From positions 1 through 30,170 of IMG/VR virus record IMGVR_UViG_3300020043_003918: a stretch of 30,170 nt of DNA; one strand, given 5' to 3'. The stretch is from a virus (lineage: Duplodnaviria > Caudoviricetes). The translations under genes were made by a program, and so were the position numbers. Shown one piece after another: positions 17,547 through 24,269 of this stretch. The notes under the pieces were generated by a model. It was not told the origin of the DNA. It did not search any database and saw nothing but the letters and a program-made list of their open reading frames with translations. Position 1 is the stretch's first letter; each line of letters starts with the position of its first letter.

Positions 17547-18056
17547 ATGGGTCAGCGCAATGACTTCATCAAGGTAGCAAGAGCAGAAATCGGGGTAATC
17601 GAAGGCCCAAAGGATAATGAAACCAAGTATGGTGCATTTACTAAGGCCAACTTCTTGCCTTGGTGTGGGTCTTTCGTGATGTGGTGTGCAAATGAAGTGG
17701 GTCTAAAGATTCCTTCAGTTGTCAGCACTGTTGCGGGCGCTCAAGCATTTATCAAGAAGAACAAATGGGAAGCAGTTGCGGATGCAGTGCCACTCCCAGG
17801 TGACATCGTTTTCTTCGACTTCCCAAATGACGGAATTGATAGAATTTCTCACGTTGGCATCGTTGTTCGCGACAATGGAGATGGCACTGTAATCTGCATT
17901 GAAGGCAACACATCCCCTGATAAAAAGGGAGATCAGCGCAATGGTGGCGAAGTTTGCCTCAAAAAGCGTGCGTATAAGCCTAAAAATGGCGCGGCATTGA
18001 AGAAGAGTTTGCCTGTTTATATCGTAGGATTCGGCAAGCCAACTTTCAAAGATTAA
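17547..18056 (+). CDS. CHAP-domain endolysin
   Basis: PWCGSFVMW (catalytic Cys), PGDIVFF, SHVGIV (His), IEGNT. Confidence 0.9.
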   Translation: MGQRNDFIKVARAEIGVIEGPKDNETKYGAFTKANFLPWCGSFVMWCANEVGLKIPSVVSTVAGAQAFIKKNKWEAVADAVPLPGDIVFFDFPNDGIDRISHVGIVVRDNGDGTVICIEGNTSPDKKGDQRNGGEVCLKKRAYKPKNGAALKKSLPVYIVGFGKPTFKD

Positions 18057-18065
18057 GGGGAAGCA

Positions 18066-18341
18066 ATGCAACGGGGGGATTTTCTTGATGAGGCTAAAAG
18101 CCTTGTAAATGGTAAGAGGAATCAGGCTCACGGCGATCCGCTTGAGAACCATCAACGGATTGCAGGTATTTGGAGCGTGATTCTTGGCGTAGAAATCAGC
18201 GCCTATCAAGCCTCTTTAATGATGGTTGGTCTGAAGTTAGCGCGTGCAAGTTATGCGCCGATTGACGATACCTTTATTGATATGTGTGGGTACGCGGCAC
18301 TTTCGGGGGAAATTAGCCACCGAGAAGCCAAACCACTATGA
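18066..18341 (+). CDS. DUF6378-like phage protein
   Basis: LDEAKSLVNGKRNQAHGDP..RIAGIWS..MVGLKLAR..DTFIDMCGYAAL. Confidence 0.75.
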   Translation: MQRGDFLDEAKSLVNGKRNQAHGDPLENHQRIAGIWSVILGVEISAYQASLMMVGLKLARASYAPIDDTFIDMCGYAALSGEISHREAKPL

Positions 18342-18381
18342 TTTGAAAGCACACTAGATTTTCCTTCTAATCGGGGAAAGC

Positions 18382-18428
18382 AAGAGCCTGTAACACCTAG
18401 CCGTTCCTAGGGGTTACAGGCTCTTTTT
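18382..18428. terminator. terminator between convergent operons
   Basis: AAGAGCCTGTAAC-A-CCTAG / CTAGG-G-GTTACAGGCTCTT stem, CCGTTC loop, T-tract on the + strand. Confidence 0.85.
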
Positions 18429-18432
18429 CTGT

Positions 18433-18642
18433 TTATAGACCTTTAAGTTCTTTCTTAAACTTCTCGACTTCTTCTTGAATTTTAACCGCTTCAGCTTTAT
18501 GTTCGTGTCTGATTGGTAGCACCATCATCGGCAATAGCGCCCAAAAGCCGAAGAAGTAACCTGCAAACGCCCAAAATACGATGTTGCGCCCTACGCCAAG
18601 CGCGAGAATGGCGCAGATAATCGGTGGCAGGAATTTAAGCAT
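18433..18642 (-). CDS. small membrane protein
   Basis: Hydrophobic N-terminal two-thirds (GRNIVFWAFAGYFFG), charged C-terminus. Confidence 0.7.
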   Translation of the reverse strand: MLKFLPPIICAILALGVGRNIVFWAFAGYFFGFWALLPMMVLPIRHEHKAEAVKIQEEVEKFKKELKGL

Positions 18643-18763
18643 CTTGCACCCATTGACTGAGCATCTCGTTGATTACCTTACTCACGCCATCGTTTCCTGC
18701 TTTTTCTTGAGCCTTTGCCCAAAGTTCATCACTGATCCTGATTGAGCGAATCTTTGTTGCCAT
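18635..18763 (-). CDS. ribbon-helix-helix DNA-binding protein
   Basis: MATKIRSIRISDELWAKAQEKAGNDGVSKVINEMLSQWVQDA*: alternating beta strand then two helices (Arc/CopG pattern); missed by the ORF track. Confidence 0.75.
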   Translation of the reverse strand: MATKIRSIRISDELWAKAQEKAGNDGVSKVINEMLSQWVQDA

Positions 18764-18927
18764 TATCCAATCACCTCATCAATCATCTTTGAGCAAGAGC
18801 CATATCCAAGGGTATTGCCATCAAGATTGCCGACATAGCAAACATCGCGTGTGGCATAGGTAAATAGGCTGACAATAAGGAGTGCAAGACTCCACATCAC
18901 AATAATTCCGCGTTTGTTGAGTTTCAT
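18763..18927 (-). CDS. small membrane protein
   Basis: MKLNKRGIIVMWSLALLIVSLFTYATRDVCY...C; one TM segment and a Cys pair. Confidence 0.65.
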   Translation of the reverse strand: MKLNKRGIIVMWSLALLIVSLFTYATRDVCYVGNLDGNTLGYGSCSKMIDEVIG

Positions 18928-18928
18928 A

Positions 18929-19102
18929 TTAGTTCTCGATTTCTGCAATAAATGCTAGGGCTAGGGCTGAGTTCTTAATTGCTTCGCGTAGTGATTGCTT
19001 GATTTGGTCAATATCAGCCTCTTCAGAGGATTCAATAAGGCTCTTGCCGATATTGTAGGAATTGTCTTGAATCTGAATAAACAACTCTTTGTACGCACCC
19101 AT
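18929..19102 (-). CDS. hypothetical protein
   Basis: GGAG RBS; MGAYKELFIQ... 57 aa. Confidence 0.65.
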   Translation of the reverse strand: MGAYKELFIQIQDNSYNIGKSLIESSEEADIDQIKQSLREAIKNSALALAFIAEIEN

Positions 19103-19103
19103 T

Positions 19104-19208
19104 TTATTTATCTCCAACTCTCACGATAAAGCACTGATAACACTCAGACATTTTTGCAACGCCATCAAACTTCTTGGCGCATAGGTAGCAAGTATTTTCG
19201 TAAGTCAT
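19104..19208 (-). CDS. tiny CxxC zinc-finger-like protein
   Basis: MTYENTCYLCAKKFDGVAKMSECYQCFIVRVGDK*; coupled TAATG start. Confidence 0.65.
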   Translation of the reverse strand: MTYENTCYLCAKKFDGVAKMSECYQCFIVRVGDK

Positions 19209-19366
19209 TATGCACCTGCCTTGATTACTAATGATGCGTGCAAGTCTGAGCAAGGCTCGCAAACAAACGCTACAAAAGTTTGCCCATTGTCATATTGATA
19301 CCAACGCTTCACAAGTGCTTTTGCAGACTTTCCACACATATTGCAATTGAGTATTCGCTTTGTCAT
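19208..19366 (-). CDS. small CxxC zinc-finger-like protein
   Basis: MTKRILNCNMCGK...VCEPCSDLHASLVIKAGA*; TAATG overlaps at both ends. Confidence 0.7.
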   Translation of the reverse strand: MTKRILNCNMCGKSAKALVKRWYQYDNGQTFVAFVCEPCSDLHASLVIKAGA

Positions 19367-19605
19367 TATGCACCTGCCTTGATCTTGTTAGATGGATGCT
19401 CAGGTGAATCCCAAGGCACACAAGTTTCACAAACTAGATTCTCGCCACCAAGAAGGTGGGTGTAGTAGAGCGACCAATTATCAAGTGGAGTCTTATGCTT
19501 GATTGCTTTTGGCTTTGCTTCAATCGCGCAACGAAGATAAGCACCTGAGTGTGGCTCGCAAGTAACATCGCCATTATCTGAAATCCAAAGTTTCTGTGTA
19601 GTCAT
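19366..19605 (-). CDS. hypothetical protein with Cys/His motifs
   Basis: 79 aa, CEPH and CETC, ends IKAGA. Confidence 0.7.
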   Translation of the reverse strand: MTTQKLWISDNGDVTCEPHSGAYLRCAIEAKPKAIKHKTPLDNWSLYYTHLLGGENLVCETCVPWDSPEHPSNKIKAGA

Positions 19606-19811
19606 TATGCAACCGCCTTTACAATCTCGAAGTATTTTGCCTTTGCATCTGTAAGTGTTGAAGCACCTGCGATTGCTGAGAAATACTTACCATCTGTGTT
19701 CTTGCGAGAAATAATCCACTCTGACTTTCCACCATTGAATGAGAAGTATTCAATTCGGAATTCTTCGTTTGTGCTGATGAACTTGCCACGATTGATTTGA
19801 AAGAGTTGCAT
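19605..19811 (-). CDS. hypothetical protein
   Basis: 68 aa, first gene of the leftward early operon, TLTDAKAK motif. Confidence 0.7.
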   Translation of the reverse strand: MQLFQINRGKFISTNEEFRIEYFSFNGGKSEWIISRKNTDGKYFSAIAGASTLTDAKAKYFEIVKAVA

Positions 19812-19856
19812 TTTTTGATCCGTTCTATTGTCGCGCCGTTCGCTTCAATAGGTAAA

Positions 19857-19892
19857 ACTTAGCAGATGTATGGACAGGTATGTGTCAATACA
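19857..19892 (-). promoter_or_regulatory. leftward promoter with operator-like inverted repeat
   Basis: Minus strand has TTGACA and an extended -10 TGcTAAGTT (spacing 21, non-canonical), overlapped by TGTATGGACA-n6-TGTCAATACA. Confidence 0.5.
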
Positions 19893-19991
19893 GGGTATTT
19901 TAGGTCACATTTTGGTAACGATTTTTGAGCCTATTTGGGGCCGATTTGAGCGTGTGTAGCTCGAATCCTAGGTAATCCACGCCACACGCCC

Positions 19992-20003
19992 TAGAATTGC
20001 CCT
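19992..20003 (+). promoter_or_regulatory. -10 element for leaderless transcript
   Basis: TAGAAT 6 nt upstream of ATG 20004 with no SD sequence. Confidence 0.55.
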
Positions 20004-20552
20004 ATGACAACGATTGTGGGCTATCAGGGGGCAGATTTCGCCATCCTTGGGGCAGATAGCCAAATCACCGATGGGGATAAGCGCATCATCTCCCCTAGCA
20101 CCCCCAAAATCGTAAAAGTCGGCAAGTACCTGCTCGCAGTCTCAGGCGATTGCCGCCCTGGGGATTTGCTTATGTATAACTGGAAACCGCCCGCCTATGA
20201 CGGCACTGATCCTGTGAAGTTTATGGGCAAAAAGATTATCCCTAGCATCATCACCACTTTTAAGGCTTACGGGTATGACCACACCAAAGAGGGTGTCAGT
20301 TATTCCTACCTTCTCGCCTTCGCTGGCAATATCTTTGAGATTGGCGATGAACTTTCCATTAGCCAAAGCCAAGATGGAATCTATGGCGTGGGCAGTGGCT
20401 CGCCTTACGCGCTTGGGTTCCTTGCCGGCACTATTGCCAATCTTGCAAAGCCTGAATGGGCGCAGGATCAGATTCTTCAGGCGCTTGAGGTATCAGCCAA
20501 ATATGACATCAACACCTGCCAACCTTTTCAAATCGAGGTTCAAAAGGCGTAA
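20004..20552 (+). CDS. Ntn-hydrolase, HslV/proteasome beta-subunit-like protease
   Basis: M-TTIVG N-terminus (Thr nucleophile), GADSQIT, KIVK, GSGSPYALG. Confidence 0.85.
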   Translation: MTTIVGYQGADFAILGADSQITDGDKRIISPSTPKIVKVGKYLLAVSGDCRPGDLLMYNWKPPAYDGTDPVKFMGKKIIPSIITTFKAYGYDHTKEGVSYSYLLAFAGNIFEIGDELSISQSQDGIYGVGSGSPYALGFLAGTIANLAKPEWAQDQILQALEVSAKYDINTCQPFQIEVQKA

Positions 20553-20624
20553 GAGCTTGGCGTGTCAGTGGTCATTTGTAGGCTACTTTATGACACCCTA
20601 AAGCCTCAACGAAAGGAACGGAAT

Positions 20625-20750
20625 ATGACTTTATTTTTAACGGCAGGTGCAAGCGTGCTTGCAATGCTATTTATCTTTTGGATGCTTTTGAGCAAAGATG
20701 ATTTTCTAGGAGATGAGATTCGCAAATCATCTTTAGATGGTGATAAGTAA
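20625..20750 (+). CDS. small single-TM protein
   Basis: GAAAGGA RBS; MTLFLTAGASVLAMLFIFWMLLSKDD... Confidence 0.65.
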   Translation: MTLFLTAGASVLAMLFIFWMLLSKDDFLGDEIRKSSLDGDK

Positions 20751-21103
20751 TGCGTGATCCACTATTTTCAGTTCACACCACTGATTCAGGCGCAGTCTGT
20801 CTTTACTTAGAAGAGCAAGAGGCTTGCATTGATTTGGTCGAGGATGTTCTCAACTTCAACTCAATTGATGACTTAGATGCACTCAAGGGTGCTTCATCTG
20901 CAAGCCTAAAAGAAGATGGCGTGGTTGAGGCTCTTGATAGGGCTAGAAATGACCTGCCTGAGATGGCTCTCAAGATTGCCATAATGACTGAGGATGAGGC
21001 TTTCAATCTATGCCAAGACATCATCACTTCAATCAAGAAGCGCCGACTCTTCAACGCAGATGAGATGGCAACTAAGGTTGCGAAGTTGAGATTGGTGGAG
21101 TAA
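20750..21103 (+). CDS. hypothetical acidic protein
   Basis: 117-aa ORF coupled by TAATG. Confidence 0.75.
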   Translation: MRDPLFSVHTTDSGAVCLYLEEQEACIDLVEDVLNFNSIDDLDALKGASSASLKEDGVVEALDRARNDLPEMALKIAIMTEDEAFNLCQDIITSIKKRRLFNADEMATKVAKLRLVE

Positions 21104-21457
21104 TTGGCAAATCCAAACGGCAGAAAAGGCTCACTCTTTGTTTCAAATGTTCGTGATTGGTTGCGTGCCAAGGGTGCGCTCGCTGAGAAACTTGCATTGA
21201 GTGGGGCTAAGGATGAAGGAGATATGGCAGTGGTTATCGCTGGCAAAACCTTCGTACTTGAACTCAAGAACCACAAGAGCCTTTCCTTGCCTGACTTTTG
21301 GAGACAAGCCCAAGTTGAGGCGGTTAATTACGCCAAGGCGCGAGGCTTGGAAGAAGTACCACTGCACTATGTAGTAGCCAAGAGGCGCAATGCCTCAGTG
21401 GAGCAAGCCTGGGTAATTCAGGATTTAGAGCAATGGTTAAAGGAGAAGCAGGGTTGA
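21104..21457 (+). CDS. Holliday junction resolvase (PD-(D/E)xK)
   Basis: RKGS, DEGD, VLELKN, WRQAQVEA, VVAKRR. Confidence 0.8.
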   Translation: MANPNGRKGSLFVSNVRDWLRAKGALAEKLALSGAKDEGDMAVVIAGKTFVLELKNHKSLSLPDFWRQAQVEAVNYAKARGLEEVPLHYVVAKRRNASVEQAWVIQDLEQWLKEKQG

Positions 21458-21906
21458 ACTTCAATATAGATGCACCTGACTTCCCACAGGCGGTATGCGC
21501 CACATTAGAAGATAAAGATTTCTTCTTCCCTAAAGCGGGGAAGCAAGAGGCAGAAAGACTGCCACAGTTACGCGCCTTGTGTGCTACCTGTATCCACGAA
21601 AAGGAGTGTTTGGAATACGCAACGGAAAGACAGATGGACTACGGATTTTGGGGCGGTAAATCTGCCCGTGAACGATCCGATTCAAGAGCGCCAAGAAAGC
21701 GAGGCTTTGCCCAAAGTGGGCGAGCCAAGAAAATCAAGGGGCTTTTTGTAGATGGTAAATCTGTTGAGGAAATCTCAACCCTGACTGGATTTCGTAGGCA
21801 CTATGTCAATCGAATTCTCAATGTTCTCAGGGGTGGGGCTAACAAAGGAGCTACACCATTACACGAACAGACAAAAAACTCGCACGAAGGCTCGCAGCCA
21901 TCCTAG
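21454..21906 (+). CDS. whiB: WhiB family transcription factor with C-terminal HTH-like extension
   Basis: C..FFFP..CATC-x5-C, GFWGG turn; AAGGAG RBS before TTG 21454. Confidence 0.88.
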   Translation: MNFNIDAPDFPQAVCATLEDKDFFFPKAGKQEAERLPQLRALCATCIHEKECLEYATERQMDYGFWGGKSARERSDSRAPRKRGFAQSGRAKKIKGLFVDGKSVEEISTLTGFRRHYVNRILNVLRGGANKGATPLHEQTKNSHEGSQPS

Positions 21907-22289
21907 GCGCAAGCATCGTGACATCATTTGCAGTGCAAGCAATAAACCCGACTCAGGCAGTTCCTGCGTTGGTTATTTACAAGGAACGCCCTGCTTTGTT
22001 GCAGGTCAATCCTAAAGAAGTTGCTCAAGAGTTACTGACTCCCAAAGCCTATAAGTGCTTCAATGCAATTATGGTCAAAGAGAGCCATTGGAAGGATCAT
22101 CAAAATCCGACTAGTTCGGCTTCAGGAGTTGGGCAGTTGCTCAAAGGCACTTACAAAAATCTTGGAATGAAGAAGGGCGAGTCGCGAGTCTCTCAGACAA
22201 TCGCGGCGCTATCCTACATTTCGAGAAAGTATGGCTCAGGTGGAGCGTGCAAAGCCTGGGAACATCACAAAAAACACAATTGGTACTAA
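21858..22289 (+). CDS. secreted lytic transglycosylase (SLT-like)
   Basis: KESHW, NPTSSASGVGQLL, YISRKYG, CKAWEH..NWY. Probable ATT start at 21858 after AAAGGAG; alternative GTG at 21918. Confidence 0.8.
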   Translation: MTRTDKKLARRLAAILGASIVTSFAVQAINPTQAVPALVIYKERPALLQVNPKEVAQELLTPKAYKCFNAIMVKESHWKDHQNPTSSASGVGQLLKGTYKNLGMKKGESRVSQTIAALSYISRKYGSGGACKAWEHHKKHNWY

Positions 22290-22311
22290 ACAATACTAGG
22301 GGGAACGGAAA

Positions 22312-22629
22312 ATGAGTATTGAACTCGAAATAGGGGTCATCGAGCTTGATGATGGCGCACAGGCTTGGCTTTTGGCATATAAAGATGCAACTGCCAAGAT
22401 TGCTGAACTTGAAGAGAAGCGTGCGGTAGCACGCGAACATCTTGAGGCAGCATTGGGGGAAGCCGAGACTGCGTGCGTTAAAGGTCATCCTGTAGTTCGA
22501 TTTACGAAGGTTGAATCTAAGCGTTTTGACACCAAGCGTGCGAGAGAAATCTTGCCACCGCAGGTGCTTGATGCGCTTGAGGTTTATTCGTATTCACGCA
22601 GATTTACACTTGTGAAGGATGGGGAATGA
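22312..22629 (+). CDS. hypothetical protein in recombination cluster
   Basis: 105 aa, coiled coil then SKRFDTKR; GGGGG RBS. Confidence 0.75.
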   Translation: MSIELEIGVIELDDGAQAWLLAYKDATAKIAELEEKRAVAREHLEAALGEAETACVKGHPVVRFTKVESKRFDTKRAREILPPQVLDALEVYSYSRRFTLVKDGE

Positions 22630-23375
22630 CCTTTACACCACTCAAACCTGAACTTGAATTACTTGCAGACGAACTCAAACGCGAACTCTGCCAAGTAATC
22701 ACAGATGCTGGCACTTACTCGCCACGCTCTCGCCAAGTCTCCATAGGCCCATCTGAATTGGGCGAGGAATGTACGCGCAAACTTGCTTACAAGTTGCTTG
22801 ATTGGGAGAAGGTTAATGTCTCTTCAGGTGGATCGTGGGCAGCACAAGTTGGCACGGCAATTCACTCGCACCTTGAGCAGATTTTTAGCGGTAATGAGAA
22901 GTATGCAACCGAAACTCGCGTGGAGATTCGAGCAGGGCTTAAAGGCACTGTGGACTTATTTCACAATGAACGCAATATGGTTCTTGATTGGAAAACCAAA
23001 TCACCAACAGGTGTGAAGGAAAAACGCTCTCAAGGCGCATCCAAAAAAGAGATTATTCAGGTGATGACTTATGCCTATGGCAAGGTCAAAGAAGGCACAA
23101 AGGTTGATTATGTTGGCTTGGTCTTTCTGCCTACAGGTGGGCAGGTTTCAGATATGTATGTTGAATTGCATCAATACAATGAACAATATGTAACTGAAGC
23201 TCTAGCCCGCATTGATAATGTTTATACCTTGCTCTCAACCATTGATGTTGAGGCAAACCCTGCAATGTGGGAACACATCCCTGCCGTACCTTCGCGCCTA
23301 TGTATGTATTGCCCATACTTTCAGCCATTTAGCAAAGACCTTGCAACGGCTTGCCCAGGTGATAGCAATGTGTGA
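22626..23375 (+). CDS. Cas4-like PD-(D/E)xK exonuclease
   Basis: GPSELGEEC, GTAIH, GTVD, DWKT, QVMTYAYG, CMYCPY...C (Fe-S cysteines). Confidence 0.85.
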   Translation: MTFTPLKPELELLADELKRELCQVITDAGTYSPRSRQVSIGPSELGEECTRKLAYKLLDWEKVNVSSGGSWAAQVGTAIHSHLEQIFSGNEKYATETRVEIRAGLKGTVDLFHNERNMVLDWKTKSPTGVKEKRSQGASKKEIIQVMTYAYGKVKEGTKVDYVGLVFLPTGGQVSDMYVELHQYNEQYVTEALARIDNVYTLLSTIDVEANPAMWEHIPAVPSRLCMYCPYFQPFSKDLATACPGDSNV

Positions 23376-23487
23376 GCGAGACGGGTGCGATTGCACCTTG
23401 AAGGTTCACGCTACTATCTCCGACCTCAACAGAATTGAGATGGAATCAAACCCACCCCAATACCCAACCCAACCAACTAAAGAATAG
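23368..23487 (+). CDS. small hypothetical protein
   Basis: MCERDGCDC... 39 aa filling the gap; AGGTG upstream. Confidence 0.4.
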   Translation: MCERDGCDCTLKVHATISDLNRIEMESNPPQYPTQPTKE

Positions 23488-23498
23488 GGGGAAGCCAA

Positions 23499-23963
23499 AT
23501 GGCTTTCACAGCACCTGCATCAAACACTGAAGGAGTAAAGGTTGCAGACCTCAACGGACACCTTCTTATCGTTACACCAATCGAATACAAAACAGGAATC
23601 AACACAGTCAATGGAATCGCAGAGGCGATTGAAGTTCACATTGTTGATCTTGACACTAACGAAGAACACCACTCAGTCTTGTGGTTCAATGTCGCACTCC
23701 GTAACGCGCTCAAGCCACTTATCGGCAACAAAGTTCTAGGTCGCATCGGCCAAGGTGTTGCAAAGCCTGGCAAGAACGCACCTTGGATTCTGCTCGATGC
23801 AACAGGCGATGCAACTGCTATCGCAAAGGCGAACGCTTACATTGCAGGTGGCATCACAGCGCCAGCGCCCGTTGCTCAGGCAACACCAACACCAACGGCA
23901 GACATCAATGATCCTGCGGTTCAAGCTCTCTTGGCTCAGTTAGGGGCTAAACCTGTTGCGTAA
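23499..23963 (+). CDS. putative ssDNA-binding/recombination protein
   Basis: Beta-rich N-domain plus Pro/Ala flexible tail, downstream of the exonuclease; function inferred from context. Confidence 0.55.
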   Translation: MAFTAPASNTEGVKVADLNGHLLIVTPIEYKTGINTVNGIAEAIEVHIVDLDTNEEHHSVLWFNVALRNALKPLIGNKVLGRIGQGVAKPGKNAPWILLDATGDATAIAKANAYIAGGITAPAPVAQATPTPTADINDPAVQALLAQLGAKPVA

Positions 23964-24017
23964 AGCAGGTTTAATTAACTGACCAAGTTGCACTCATTCT
24001 TAGTCCTTTCGAGTGAG

Positions 24018-24083
24018 TGCGCGAAGTGGCAGGTTGCCGATGATGGGGGTCATCTAGTGGTTCGATTCCACTAACTTCACGCA
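24018..24083 (+). ncRNA. tRNA-like four-way-junction RNA element
   Basis: Closing stem TGCGCGAAGT/ACTTCACGCA encloses three hairpins, the last with the T-loop GGTTCGATTCC. Confidence 0.55.
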
Positions 24084-24107
24084 AGACAAAACCGATTAGG
24101 GGGAGCA

Positions 24108-24269
24108 ATGCCTACTTACTTATTTGAATGTGAGTGCGGGAAAGTAACTGAAAAGCAGATAAGACTTGATGAAGGAATCACTCACACCTGCGAGTGCGGC
24201 AAGGAAGCAAGGCGTGTTTTTACAGTCATTCCGGCAATCTTCAAAGGAACGGGATGGGGGAAAGATTGA
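24108..24269 (+). CDS. FmdB-like zinc ribbon protein
   Basis: MPTYLFECECG...CECG...RRVF...IFKGTGWG; missed by the ORF track. Confidence 0.85.
   Translation: MPTYLFECECGKVTEKQIRLDEGITHTCECGKEARRVFTVIPAIFKGTGWGKD

Larger units (their letters stand above)
19204..19619 (-). repeat. gene-junction direct repeat (3 copies)
   Basis: GTCATTATGCACCTGCCTTGAT identical at 19204-19225 and 19362-19383; variant GTCATTATGCAACCGCCTT at 19601-19619. Confidence 0.85.

Noticed and set aside
18433-20003. Lysogeny/immunity module at the divergent region
   Set aside because: No integrase, ParA or CI-like HTH repressor is visible, so lifestyle cannot be called from this window.
22626-23375. CRISPR-Cas adaptation module
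   Set aside because: Solo Cas4-like exonuclease in a recombination cluster, with no cas1/cas2 or array.
24018-24083. Canonical tRNA gene
   Set aside because: The T-arm is present, but there is no proper D-loop, no 7-nt anticodon loop and no CCA. Kept only as a tRNA-like element.
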